Below are positions 28,174 to 38,086 of a DNA stretch of 64,000 nt, piece by piece. The notes beneath the pieces are model-generated. The model worked only from the letters and a program-made list of their open reading frames with translations, had not been told where the DNA came from and searched no databases. Each line of letters starts with the position of its first letter. Position 1 is the first letter of the stretch. The position numbers and the translations under genes are program-made. Source of the DNA: Gammaproteobacteria bacterium (lineage in GTDB: Bacteria; Pseudomonadota; Gammaproteobacteria; Francisellales; CACEW01). Location: contig JAQSYQ010000004.1 in assembly GCA_029256015.1 (NCBI GenBank), positions 35,032 through 99,031 of the forward strand, in the 5' to 3' direction.

Positions 28174-29517
28174 CTAACTTGAACTATCTCGGGGAATTAT
28201 CAAAGTAATGCCGCTTACACGGCTTAACAAAGTATTGGAAACATTTGAATACTGCGCGTCTAAGTCCATCGGCATAATGACGGTCTCGCCAATCACTGCA
28301 GCACCTTGAAAGCCTTGATCTTGCTTGGTGCGAAGTCTCCAGATAGTCTGCAAAGTCATCACTTTATTTTGACTGTAGTTCAGATAAAGCGCGATATGGC
28401 CCGGCAAATTAATAAATGTTACAAAGGGGATGCCTAACTGACGAATCTTCGCTAATTTTTGCTGGTTACTTAATCCGGCTAGAGAAATAAATTGGCCAAA
28501 TTTAGCCTGGTAAGTTGAGTTTCGTGGCAACCAAATCCCAAACACTGCAAAAATATCTTTCATGGTAAGAGAACAGTCTCTAAAGCCGTAAGCCCCGCCC
28601 CAACCATAGGAGTCCCCCACTATTTTATTTGCAATCATAGCTATGTCATTTTGAGTCAAAGCGAGTGGGAAAGGCGTAGCGTAAGTTTTAGATAAAGTAG
28701 CCTGGCGAATAATAGCATGGCCATTTAGATTAACCGCCGGCACATAAATATTATAAGCATGGCTGCTTTGCCCAATTAAAGGATATAGCGTACCTATGCG
28801 GGTGGTTATCCTGTAAATATGGTCATTATCAAGAACGGGAATATTATCATCATTAGCGACTACAAATTTTTTGGCCTGCCATTGCTCTGCAAATTGATCA
28901 CTTACAATCGCCACAGAATTACTGTGCATCCAACCGATTTGATTGTCGGTCATGACAAGTTCCCAGGCCCCGTCTTTACTCATCTGCCAGATATAAACAG
29001 GGGTACCTGCGGCGACATAGGACTGCTGCAAATTATCAAAGGGATAGTCTGTAGCCATGGCATTAGCTGAGCCATAACTTGGAATATCGGTTGGCAGCTG
29101 CCTTAAATTATCCGAGTTAACCACAATGCCTTTTTCCTGCATATTGGGAAATGCAGTGAGGTTCATATTGATGACCAAGCTTTCAATCCAATCCACAGCA
29201 AGTGGATGCAAATTGCTACCATAACCCGGCTTAGCGGCATAAAGTTTTATAATCGAGTTTTCAGCGGCTAAGGCCCCGCTTTTATCAAAAGCCGCCTTTT
29301 CCCCAGTCCAAGCTGAAAAATATCTAACTAGAAATCTCTGAGTAAGGCCTGCCTGAGTGGCGGCATCCATTAGAGGTTGATCGCCATTAGTATCTGCATA
29401 AATCAAAGCATTTTGATTATATTGATCAATGACAAGCGGAAGCTGTTGAGTGCTAATAGTTGCCGCCCAAAGCTGAAATGGGATGAGCAGCAATATGCAT
29501 AATCTAAAAATAAACAT
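28174..29517 (-). CDS. Secreted NlpC/P60 (C40) peptidoglycan endopeptidase with N-terminal/SH3b-like domains
   Basis: 447 aa with signal peptide MFIFRLCILLLIPFQLWAA. The C-terminal catalytic region has YGWGGAYGFRDCS (nucleophile Cys) and PGHIALY (His). Confidence 0.85.
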   Translation of the reverse strand: MFIFRLCILLLIPFQLWAATISTQQLPLVIDQYNQNALIYADTNGDQPLMDAATQAGLTQRFLVRYFSAWTGEKAAFDKSGALAAENSIIKLYAAKPGYGSNLHPLAVDWIESLVINMNLTAFPNMQEKGIVVNSDNLRQLPTDIPSYGSANAMATDYPFDNLQQSYVAAGTPVYIWQMSKDGAWELVMTDNQIGWMHSNSVAIVSDQFAEQWQAKKFVVANDDNIPVLDNDHIYRITTRIGTLYPLIGQSSHAYNIYVPAVNLNGHAIIRQATLSKTYATPFPLALTQNDIAMIANKIVGDSYGWGGAYGFRDCSLTMKDIFAVFGIWLPRNSTYQAKFGQFISLAGLSNQQKLAKIRQLGIPFVTFINLPGHIALYLNYSQNKVMTLQTIWRLRTKQDQGFQGAAVIGETVIMPMDLDAQYSNVSNTLLSRVSGITLIIPRDSSS

Positions 29518-29578
29518 TAATCATCCTCTCTCGCTAAGCTACGCATAGCGGTCTCTCCCATCGAGGAAGAGACGAGAC

Positions 29579-30484
29579 TTAAAGTAGCTCTGTTAAAAAC
29601 TCAGCAAGGAACTCGTTCATCACCTCGTCACTTATCGTGAATTGCAAGGGGTGCTTGCCGCCCACATGTAAAAGCAGCTGGTCATTTACCCTTTCAATTT
29701 TCTGAACTTTTTTAACTCTTGGCGTCAGCTTGGATTGATATTTGCGGCTCACTCTAAAGTTGGAAATGACCTGACGATAAGAACCCGAAACCTGATTGTT
29801 GCGAATCTTTTCCATCAGATTCTTAGCTTGCACGGGGCTTTCTGCTTCCAGCTTTCGCAATTCGTGCAAAGTACGGATGTCTTCGATAACGCCGTCTTGG
29901 GCCAAGTCTTTAATTGCCTGGCTCGCTCCTTGCAAGCCTAATCGAATAGAAATCCAGGCAGGGTCTCTACCAAGCTCTGCAGCTGCCTGAGCTTTAGATA
30001 CGCCCATGTTCTCGACTAATTTGCTCAGCGCTGCCGCTTCTTCAAATGGAGAAACATTGTCACGCTGATCGTTTTCCAGTAATTGCAAAATCAGAATGTT
30101 AGCGTCTTCTTCATCACGAATAATGCAAGGAAGCGTCGACAAACCTGCCATTTTTGCAGCATGAAACCGGCGCTCACCGGCAATAATAATGTATTTTCCA
30201 TCCTGATTACGAGGGCGCACAATAATAGGCTGAATAATGCCTTTGAACTTAATACTTTCCGCCAAACCTTCAATATTGCGAAAACTCTTTCTAGGTTGAT
30301 TAGGGTCAGCCTCTAATCTTTCGATTGGTAATTCAAATAATTTACCTGAAGCCTCAGCGATATCGTTCATTACCTGCAACTTAAGCGCCAGCAATTCGTC
30401 TTTTTTACCGAGAGAGACTTCATGAAGCTCGGTGCTGAGCTCGCTTGAGCGTTTGCGGTTTAAAAGCAGGTCTTTCTTATCCAT
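29579..30484 (-). CDS. parB: ParB/KorB-family partition protein
   Basis: ParB N-terminal domain IIQPIIVRP...IIAGERRFHAAKMAGL and LLENDQRDNVSPFEEA. Start moved to ATG 30484, 1 nt after the parA stop; the track ORF (to 30559) overlaps parA by 74 nt. Confidence 0.85.
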   Translation of the reverse strand: MDKKDLLLNRKRSSELSTELHEVSLGKKDELLALKLQVMNDIAEASGKLFELPIERLEADPNQPRKSFRNIEGLAESIKFKGIIQPIIVRPRNQDGKYIIIAGERRFHAAKMAGLSTLPCIIRDEEDANILILQLLENDQRDNVSPFEEAAALSKLVENMGVSKAQAAAELGRDPAWISIRLGLQGASQAIKDLAQDGVIEDIRTLHELRKLEAESPVQAKNLMEKIRNNQVSGSYRQVISNFRVSRKYQSKLTPRVKKVQKIERVNDQLLLHVGGKHPLQFTISDEVMNEFLAEFLTELL

Positions 30485-30485
30485 A

Positions 30486-31181
30486 TTAAACCTCGGTTGC
30501 GGCAGGTTCTGCTTCAGATTCATCCTGAGCCATAATTTGTTCTTTAGGCAGTTTCTCACCAGTAAAATAAGCGTTGAGCTCTTTGGCTACTTGTCTTACT
30601 GCGAAATGGGCATCGGACTCAGGCGCATAGTCTCCGATATAAAGACCAGCGGCTTCCGCTTCAACAAACTTAACACTTTGAGGAACACTAGCATCAAAAG
30701 CATGCCCATCTTCTTCAAGTACAGTCAGCAAGCTTCGGCTCATGGTGGTGTTTTTAGCCACCCGGTTCCCTAATAATTTATAAGGGCGGCCTGCAGTCAT
30801 CGCCAAATCTTTAGCTTCCAATAAACCTGATAAATCCATGCCGCTTGGCGCAGCTGGGATTACCACAAGGTCAGCCAGCAAGGCAGCCTTTAAGGCAGCG
30901 GTCTGGAAATTAGGTGGAGTATCGATGACTAAGTAGTCACATTGGTTTTTGAGCTCGCCCAATTGTTCGCGGGCCATTTTTTCGTCGACCTGGAACACCA
31001 TGTCTTTTAAGCTTTCGCTTTTAGCCGCCCAGGACCAAGCGTCGGGTTTGTCTTTGTCCATGTCGGCTATAAAAACTTTAAAGCCCAGCTCACGCAGTCC
31101 GCCAGCCAAGTTAACTGCTGTAGTCGTCTTCCCTGAGCCGCCTTTTTGTTGCAGCAGTGCGATGGTTTTTGCTTGAGCCAT
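30486..31181 (-). CDS. parA: ParA-family ATPase, small (231 aa) KGGSGKT type
   Basis: Deviant Walker [17 protein letters not shown] and the DTPP motif (LVIDTPPN). The size and GGS variant resemble ParF/IncC-like (type Ib) ParAs rather than Soj. Confidence 0.88.
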   Translation of the reverse strand: MAQAKTIALLQQKGGSGKTTTAVNLAGGLRELGFKVFIADMDKDKPDAWSWAAKSESLKDMVFQVDEKMAREQLGELKNQCDYLVIDTPPNFQTAALKAALLADLVVIPAAPSGMDLSGLLEAKDLAMTAGRPYKLLGNRVAKNTTMSRSLLTVLEEDGHAFDASVPQSVKFVEAEAAGLYIGDYAPESDAHFAVRQVAKELNAYFTGEKLPKEQIMAQDESEAEPAATEV

Positions 31182-31284
31182 GATCTTATCCTCAACTTTC
31201 CAAATGGGGTAATAATACCCTAGATTCTAGCACGCTAAAATGCCTCTGGCGAAAATTCATTAATTTTATTTGAATACTTCCAAA

Positions 31285-32019
31285 TTAATTTGAGGAAATA
31301 TATTTCTCTCGGCGAATATCCTTGGTAGCAAAGCCCATAGCAACAAGCTTTTGGAAGGCTTCGTCGATCATATTGGGATTTCCGCAAAGATAAATAACAT
31401 CAGCCCCCGGCTTTAAATTAAGATTAGCAAAAGCATGCTGGACATAGCCTTTGTGCTCATAAGGCTTAAGCTCGCTGTCTTCTCTACTATAGTAAGCATG
31501 GAATTTGAAATTAGGATGGGCTTTGGCAAACTCAACAAAGTCCTCTCCATACAGTAAATCCTCTCTTAAACGCACCCCTAAAAATAATTCCACAGTAAAA
31601 TCGGGATTTTTAAGCTTTTCAGCAATTTGAGGAAGCATACAGCGATAAGGTGCTACGCCGGTGCCTGTTGCCATTAATATACATCTTGAGATAGGCTCTT
31701 CCTGCAAAATCAAGCGGCCGGCTGGACCCATAGCAGGAAATTTCTGACCTGGCTCCATTTTAAATAAAGCCTCACTGGCTATTCCACCTTGCACAAAAGA
31801 GATAGCGATTTCAATTTCGTCAGATTGCCCATAAATACTTGAAATACTGTAGCTTCTGCGCTTAGGCTTGCCGTCAGATCCATCGAAAGTAAAGGTGACA
31901 AATTGGCCAGGAATATAGTCCAACTTTTTGCCGTCTTCTCTTACGAAAGTCATGTGCTTTGTGTTGGGAGTCAGCATTTTGCTTGACTTAAGGACTAGGT
32001 TAAAGAGTTCGATTGCCAT
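31285..32019 (-). CDS. fpr: Ferredoxin--NADP(+) reductase
   Basis: FAD motif RSYSISS and NAD(P) motif MATGTGVAPY. Start moved to ATG 32019 (AGGAGATATA upstream); the track ORF starts at 32085. Confidence 0.85.
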   Translation of the reverse strand: MAIELFNLVLKSSKMLTPNTKHMTFVREDGKKLDYIPGQFVTFTFDGSDGKPKRRSYSISSIYGQSDEIEIAISFVQGGIASEALFKMEPGQKFPAMGPAGRLILQEEPISRCILMATGTGVAPYRCMLPQIAEKLKNPDFTVELFLGVRLREDLLYGEDFVEFAKAHPNFKFHAYYSREDSELKPYEHKGYVQHAFANLNLKPGADVIYLCGNPNMIDEAFQKLVAMGFATKDIRREKYISSN

Positions 32020-32117
32020 TATATCTCCTAAATCTCGATGTCTGATGAACAGCCCAGGATGACATTTTTTTTGATAATGTAGCATAATAGCAAAAAAATA
32101 CTGAGAAATTTAAAAAC

Positions 32118-32753
32118 ATGTCAGAAATAGCATTAGCAAAGAAAAAACTCGAGCAAGGCCTGCAGGAACTTGAGCTTTCTATCAATGAAAATCAGATTGA
32201 ACAGCTATTGAAGTATTTAAGCTTGCTCAAAAAGTGGAACCAAACGTACAACCTTACTGCAATTGAGGACCCGCAAGAAATGGTCACTCTGCATTTGCTG
32301 GACAGCCTGGCAATTGCTCCATTTTTACAAAAACAAGGTAGATATATTGACGTGGGAACTGGCGCTGGCCTACCTGGCATTCCGCTGGCAATTTACTATC
32401 CACAAGCTCAATTTACGTTGCTAGACAGTAATAGCAAGAAAACTCGATTTTTAGTTCAAGCTTCTCATGAACTTGGCCTTACAAATATTTCTGTAGTTCA
32501 TTCCAGGGTCGAAGAATATCGTCCTGAGCAATTATTTGATTCAATTTTAAGCCGAGCTTATGCTTCTTTAAAAGACATGCTGGATTCAAGCCAGCATTTA
32601 TTGACACCAGACGGTCAATTTCTTGCTATGAAGGGGGTTTTTCCCAAAGAAGAGCTGAATAAGCTTTCCGAACATTATTCTATAAAAAGTCAACGACTTA
32701 AACTTCCATTTTTATCAGCTGAGCGCCATGTAATTTGCATTATAAATCAATAA
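32118..32753 (+). CDS. rsmG: 16S rRNA m7G527 methyltransferase
   Basis: 211 aa with WNQTYNLTAI and the SAM motif IDVGTGAGLPGIPLAI, typical of GidB/RsmG. Confidence 0.93.
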   Translation: MSEIALAKKKLEQGLQELELSINENQIEQLLKYLSLLKKWNQTYNLTAIEDPQEMVTLHLLDSLAIAPFLQKQGRYIDVGTGAGLPGIPLAIYYPQAQFTLLDSNSKKTRFLVQASHELGLTNISVVHSRVEEYRPEQLFDSILSRAYASLKDMLDSSQHLLTPDGQFLAMKGVFPKEELNKLSEHYSIKSQRLKLPFLSAERHVICIINQ

Positions 32754-32836
32754 TATGATTGCATTTCAAATCTATCAACCGTACAATTGGCAATCAGAGG
32801 AACAATTCAATTAGCTCAAACTTAGGGGGGCCTTCT

Positions 32837-33112
32837 ATGCCAGCGACGATGCATTATGTTCGACCACAAAACCGCGTTAAAAAAACCGTTCCATTACGTG
32901 ATCATGTTGTCTCAGTGCTCGAAAGTTACTTTGAAGGAATGAAAGGCGAAACTCCAGAAAATCTTTACAATTTAGTTTTAAGCGAAGTAGAACACCCTTT
33001 ATTAGAAGCCGTTATGAAATTCACGAATAATAACCAAAGCCAATCGGCTCAAATTCTTGGTATTAATCGTGGAACCTTCCGTAAAAAACTTGCTTTTTAC
33101 GGCATGCTATAA
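32837..33112 (+). CDS. fis: Fis-family nucleoid-associated DNA-binding protein
   Basis: Aligns by eye to E. coli Fis: PLRDHVVSVLESYF, LYNLVLSEVEHPLLEAVM, NQSQSAQILGINRGTFRKKLAFYGM. Start at ATG 32837 follows AGGGGGG; the track ORF starts at 32759. Confidence 0.88.
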   Translation: MPATMHYVRPQNRVKKTVPLRDHVVSVLESYFEGMKGETPENLYNLVLSEVEHPLLEAVMKFTNNNQSQSAQILGINRGTFRKKLAFYGML

Positions 33113-33239
33113 ACCCATTTAGATTAGATTTAGTAATTTAATCACCTCAGCTCGGTGTGCACAGACTTTTATTGCCAGTATTAAAATAAACCTACATACT
33201 AGTAAGATCATAGTCTGTGTAAAGTGGTTTTTAGCCATT

Positions 33240-34172
33240 ATGTCAATTGATCAAAAAAACATCAATCCTGTTATTAGGCTTTCATTTAAAGATAAAGTCT
33301 TTTTAGGCTTGCTAAGAACGATAGCCAAACTTTCATTAGCCAATGTTCACCGATTAGCTGATTGTGTTTACCTTATTTCCAAAGTACTGCCTTTTAGATT
33401 CAAAAAGGTGATCGCCACCCACATTAAACTGTGTTTTCCTGAGCTATCCCCAATAGAGCAAAGCAAACTGATTAAAGAATCGATTCGTCAAACTTTATAT
33501 TGCCTAGCAGAAATGCCTTTTATCTGGTTTAGCAAGCCAGATAAAGTTTTGAAATACGTCAAACAGGTCAGCGGTGAAGACCTCATTATGCAGGCCACCC
33601 ATTCCGGAAAAAATGTGATAGTCCTTGCCCCGCATCTAGGTTCCTGGGAAATGTACGGGCTTTACGGCTCTGCGCTTTATCCCTCAGCGGGACTCTATAA
33701 ACCCCGCAAAAAAGCATATCAAGAAGTAATTATAAGAGAGGCCCGAGAAAGACGAGGAAAAGTCAGCATGTTTCCCACCACGGCTTCTGGAGTGAAAGCC
33801 TTATACCGAGCTTTAGCCGATAAAAAATGGGTAGGCATGTTGCCCGACCATGATCCCGGTAAGAATGGCGGGGTATATGTGCCTTTTTTTGGGATATCCG
33901 CTAATACCATGACATTAGCTGCAAGGCTAGCAAATAAGGCCGAGGACCCCGCCATTTTTCTTGGCTATGCAGAAAGATTAGCTCGTTCCGAAGGCTTTCA
34001 TATCCACTTTGTTCCAGCAAGCCAGGGCATTCTAAGTGAGGATTTAAGCCAGGCTGCAGCTGCCATGAACAAAGATATTGAAGCCTGCATTCGCCATATT
34101 CCTGCTCAGTATGAATGGTCTTATAAAAGGTTTAGAAGAAGACCCAATAACGAAGCCTCCTTCTATCAATAA
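33240..34172 (+). CDS. Lipid A late acyltransferase (LpxL/HtrB family)
   Basis: 310 aa with an N-terminal TM, the HLGSWE active-site motif, and an LPDHDPG block typical of lauroyl/myristoyl acyltransferases. Confidence 0.85.
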   Translation: MSIDQKNINPVIRLSFKDKVFLGLLRTIAKLSLANVHRLADCVYLISKVLPFRFKKVIATHIKLCFPELSPIEQSKLIKESIRQTLYCLAEMPFIWFSKPDKVLKYVKQVSGEDLIMQATHSGKNVIVLAPHLGSWEMYGLYGSALYPSAGLYKPRKKAYQEVIIREARERRGKVSMFPTTASGVKALYRALADKKWVGMLPDHDPGKNGGVYVPFFGISANTMTLAARLANKAEDPAIFLGYAERLARSEGFHIHFVPASQGILSEDLSQAAAAMNKDIEACIRHIPAQYEWSYKRFRRRPNNEASFYQ

Positions 34173-34213
34173 CAAACTTGCTTCGCTTTGTTTGTTTTTT
34201 ATACAATAGGGCG

Positions 34214-35182
34214 ATGAACTCAAAAATTTTCGAATGCTTAAGCCAAAACTTTGGCACAGAAATTGCCGAATCCAGTATGCGATGGGCCGAGCATCCCAAG
34301 CATCATATTTTGACGATCACGGATAAAAACTATCCAAAACTTTTGTGCCAGATACACAAACCCCCTCCCATTTTATTTGTAGAAGGCAATATCGATATTC
34401 TGAATGAATGCCAGATAGCGATGGTGGGCTGTCGGCGCATGAGCCATTATGGAAGAGACATCGCTTATAAGTTCGCTCAGAACTTAGCTGAGATCGGCAT
34501 AGTCATTACGAGCGGACTTGCCCTCGGCATTGATACAGCAAGTCATCAAGGCGCTCTACACTCAGGCCAAACTATTGCGATTTTGGGATCAGGCCTTAAG
34601 CAAATTTACCCAAGCTCGAATAGAAAACTTGCAGAAAAAATTGCTGAAAATGGCGCTTTGGTTTCAGAGTTTCCTCTGGATATGCCGGCGAATAAACTCA
34701 CTTTTCCCCAACGAAACCGCCTTATCAGCGGCATGAGTATCGCCACCATTGTCATTGAGGCAGCTGTTAAAAGCGGATCTCTTATTACGGCAAAATTTGC
34801 CCTGGAACAAAACAAGGAAGTTTTTGCAGTTCCTGGCTCTATTCATAGCCCTCAATCTAAAGGATGCCACCAATTGATTCGCCAAGGGGCTACTTTAGTT
34901 GAGTCCATAGAAGACATCTTATTTGAGCTCAAGCCAAAACTACGCCATGAAATAAAAGTTGCTGTAAAAGATTTACAATCACCAAAAGAGCATGATAATA
35001 ATAAAAAAGCATCCGGTGACTATTCAACAATATTGCAACACTTAGGTTCTGACAGCCTATCGGTTGACCAACTTGTAGAGCAAACTGGTTTGACGATAGA
35101 GCAGCTCTCCTCTATGTTACTAGTAATGGAGCTTGAGGGTTTCCTCACCCAAGTACCCGGCGGTTATATACGCAAAAAATAG
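34214..35182 (+). CDS. dprA: DNA-processing protein A (Smf)
   Basis: VGCRRMSHYGR...SGLALGIDTASHQGAL...FPQRNRLISG motifs. ATG at 34214 is preferred over the TTG at 34178. Confidence 0.9.
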   Translation: MNSKIFECLSQNFGTEIAESSMRWAEHPKHHILTITDKNYPKLLCQIHKPPPILFVEGNIDILNECQIAMVGCRRMSHYGRDIAYKFAQNLAEIGIVITSGLALGIDTASHQGALHSGQTIAILGSGLKQIYPSSNRKLAEKIAENGALVSEFPLDMPANKLTFPQRNRLISGMSIATIVIEAAVKSGSLITAKFALEQNKEVFAVPGSIHSPQSKGCHQLIRQGATLVESIEDILFELKPKLRHEIKVAVKDLQSPKEHDNNKKASGDYSTILQHLGSDSLSVDQLVEQTGLTIEQLSSMLLVMELEGFLTQVPGGYIRKK

Positions 35183-35209
35183 CGGCAGCTAGATTGATAA
35201 GGCATTGAT

Positions 35210-35686
35210 GTGAAAGCAACTATATTTGAGTTATTGATACAATTATTTGAAGCCATGGGGACCAGCAGACAATCTGACGCTGAATACTTTCAATATTGTG
35301 TGGAAACTTTAAAATCAGCAGGATTAAGCCGCCAAGATTTAAACCACGCTTTAAGTTGGCTTGATAAGTTTTCAAAAGGACCTCAACGAGAATTTTCTGG
35401 CCCAAGCGAAGTGGTTCGTATTTTTAGCGAAGAGGAATGCCAAAGAATTAATTTACAAGGTCGTAGTTTTTTGTTGCAGTTATTACAAGTAGGCGCGATA
35501 GACAGATATACTCTAGAACACATATTAGACTGCGTGGCAGAACTTGAAGTTTCAGAAGTGAATCTAAATCAGTTGAAATGGATCGTAGTCATGTTAGCAT
35601 CTGCAGAATTTAAAAATCAGGCTTATGCAGAATGGCTTGAACATACGATTTTACGGGAAGACGGCCCGCAAAGAGTGTTACATTAA
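35210..35686 (+). CDS. smg: Smg protein (DUF494)
   Basis: 158 aa, alignable to E. coli Smg (LKWIVVMLA.. / ..SEEECQRINLQGRSFLLQL). Sits in conserved dprA-smg-topA order. Confidence 0.88.
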   Translation: MKATIFELLIQLFEAMGTSRQSDAEYFQYCVETLKSAGLSRQDLNHALSWLDKFSKGPQREFSGPSEVVRIFSEEECQRINLQGRSFLLQLLQVGAIDRYTLEHILDCVAELEVSEVNLNQLKWIVVMLASAEFKNQAYAEWLEHTILREDGPQRVLH

Positions 35687-35695
35687 GGAAAGTGA

Positions 35696-38002
35696 ATGAC
35701 AAAAAATCTGGTCATTGTTGAGTCCCCTGCTAAAAGCAAGACCATTAAAAAATATCTAGGCAACGACTTTCAAATCTTGGCCTCTTATGGACACGTAAGA
35801 GATTTGCCTGCAAAACAGGGTGCCGTTATTCCAGAAGATCATTTTGCCATGACTTATACCTTAATCGACAAAAACGCTAAGCATGTCGATGCCATTGTCA
35901 AAGCCATGAAAGAAGCCGATGCTCTCTACCTAGCCACTGACCCGGATAGAGAAGGAGAGGCGATTTCCTGGCATCTTTATGAAATTTTAAAATCTAAAAA
36001 AGCCTTAAAAGATAAGCCCGTGCATCGCGTAGCTTTCTATGAAATTACCAAAAATGCAGTAAACCAAGCTATTCAAAACCCTCGTGAGTTATCGATGGAT
36101 TTGGTCAATGCGCAGCAAGCTCGCCGAGCCTTAGACTATCTAGTCGGCTTTAATTTGTCCCCCCTGCTTTGGAAAAAAGTAAGAAGAGGCTTATCAGCGG
36201 GAAGAGTACAAAGCCCTGCGCTTCGCATGATAGTAGAGCGCGAAGAAGAAATTGAAAAGTTCCAATCTCAAGAATACTGGACCATAGAGGCCAGCTTAAA
36301 TAAAGATAATATTGATTTTGGCGCAAAGCTGATTCAATGGAAATCTGAAAGCTTAAAACAGTTTGATATCAACAATGAACAGCAAGCGAACTCCATAAAA
36401 GACGCTTTAGTTGCTGCCACTCAAGGCAGTTTAACGGTAAGCAATGTTGAGAAAAAACAGAGAAAACGTAATCCTTCCCCGCCTTTTACCACCTCAACCT
36501 TGCAACAGGAAGCTTCCCGTAAACTTGGTTTTAGCACCAAAAAAACCATGCAAATTGCCCAACAGCTTTATGAAGGGGTGGATATTGGTGAAGGCTCGGT
36601 GGGTTTAATTACCTATATGCGTACCGACTCCTTGAATTTGTCTAACGATGCTATTGGCGAAATGCGTGAATTTATTAGTAAAAAGTATGGAGCTGATGCG
36701 CTGCCCGATGAGCCAAGGTTTTTTAAAACCAAATCTAAAAATGCTCAAGAAGCCCATGAAGCCATTCGGCCCACCTCCGTACAACGCACCCCAGATTCAC
36801 TCAAATTACATTTAAGCCCAGACCAGTTTAAACTTTACAGCTTGGTGTGGAAAAGAGCGACAGCCTGCCAAATGCAGCATGCCTTAATCGACACAACTGC
36901 TGTTGATTTTAACTGTGCAGACGGAGCCACTTTCCGCGCTACAGGCTCTATTATCGTTAAGCCTGGTTTTATGCAGGTTTACCAAGAAAGCTTCGACGAT
37001 AAAAAATCCGAAGAAGAGGATGCGGAAAAAACCCTGCCTAATCTTGAAGTAGGCGATAAGGTTAAATTGCTGGATATCAGCCCTGAACAACATTTTACCG
37101 AGCCTCCTCCTCGCTATTCAGAAGCTTCCCTCGTTAAAGCATTAGAAGAGCATGGCATTGGCCGGCCTTCAACCTATTCCAGCATTATTTCAACCCTGCA
37201 AGCTCGTGAATACGCTATTTTAGAAAACAAAAGATTCAAGCCTACCGATGTGGGCCGAGTGGTAAACCGCTTTCTGACTGAATACTTTGAGAAATATGTA
37301 GATTATGGCTTTACCGCATCATTGGAAGATGAACTTGATGCCGTTTCCCGAGGGGAAATGGAGTGGGTCCCTCTTCTAGATCAGTTCTGGGGACCTTTTA
37401 AAAAGCTGATTGATGATATTGGGGTTAATGTTCAACGCAAAGACGTCACTCAAGAACAGCTAGATGAAGCCTGCCCTGACTGCGGCAAACCGCTTTCTAT
37501 CCGCTTAGGAAAACGCGGTAAATTTATTGGCTGCACCGCTTATCCAGAATGTAAGTATACCCGCCCGATGACAACTTCAGGTGAAGCGCCGGCAGAACCT
37601 GCTGCTCCAACCATAGTAGAGGGTAGGACTTGCCCTGACTGCGGCGGAGAGCTTCATATCAAACAAGGCCGCTATGGTAAGTTTATCGGCTGTGGCAACT
37701 ATCCAAAATGCAAGCATATGGAACCTTTGGTTAAGCCCAAAGATTTAGGGATATCATGCCCTCAGTGCAAGCAAGGCGAGCTGATGGAAAGGAAATCCCG
37801 CTACGGAAAGCTATTCTATTCATGCAGTCGCTACCCAGATTGCAACTATGCTACCTGGAACAAACCGATTAAAGAACCTTGCCCAAAATGTAACTGGCCT
37901 ATTTTGACGGTTAAAACCACCAAGCGTAACGGCACTCAAAAAGTCTGCCCTCAAAAAGAATGCGGCTTTGCCAAAGACGCGCCTGATTTAGCTGAGGAAT
38001 GA
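35696..38002 (+). CDS. topA: DNA topoisomerase I
   Basis: 768 aa with the Toprim start LVIVESPAKSKTI, active-site region YMRTDS, and four C-terminal C4 zinc-ribbon repeats. Confidence 0.98.
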   Translation: MTKNLVIVESPAKSKTIKKYLGNDFQILASYGHVRDLPAKQGAVIPEDHFAMTYTLIDKNAKHVDAIVKAMKEADALYLATDPDREGEAISWHLYEILKSKKALKDKPVHRVAFYEITKNAVNQAIQNPRELSMDLVNAQQARRALDYLVGFNLSPLLWKKVRRGLSAGRVQSPALRMIVEREEEIEKFQSQEYWTIEASLNKDNIDFGAKLIQWKSESLKQFDINNEQQANSIKDALVAATQGSLTVSNVEKKQRKRNPSPPFTTSTLQQEASRKLGFSTKKTMQIAQQLYEGVDIGEGSVGLITYMRTDSLNLSNDAIGEMREFISKKYGADALPDEPRFFKTKSKNAQEAHEAIRPTSVQRTPDSLKLHLSPDQFKLYSLVWKRATACQMQHALIDTTAVDFNCADGATFRATGSIIVKPGFMQVYQESFDDKKSEEEDAEKTLPNLEVGDKVKLLDISPEQHFTEPPPRYSEASLVKALEEHGIGRPSTYSSIISTLQAREYAILENKRFKPTDVGRVVNRFLTEYFEKYVDYGFTASLEDELDAVSRGEMEWVPLLDQFWGPFKKLIDDIGVNVQRKDVTQEQLDEACPDCGKPLSIRLGKRGKFIGCTAYPECKYTRPMTTSGEAPAEPAAPTIVEGRTCPDCGGELHIKQGRYGKFIGCGNYPKCKHMEPLVKPKDLGISCPQCKQGELMERKSRYGKLFYSCSRYPDCNYATWNKPIKEPCPKCNWPILTVKTTKRNGTQKVCPQKECGFAKDAPDLAEE

Positions 38003-38086
38003 CTCAGCTAGCCTTGCTTGAGCAAACTGGACAAATTGCGCCAAATCAGGCAGTATTATTGGTTAGTCTATTACAATGACGGAACT

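Noticed and set aside
29579-32753. Replication origin / parS / DnaA-box cluster near rsmG-parAB
   Set aside because: Reading the intergenic regions, I found no TGTTTCACGTGAAACA-like parS, no cluster of TTATCCACA boxes, and no AT-rich 13-mer array. mnmG is also absent next to rsmG. A proper pattern scan is still advisable.
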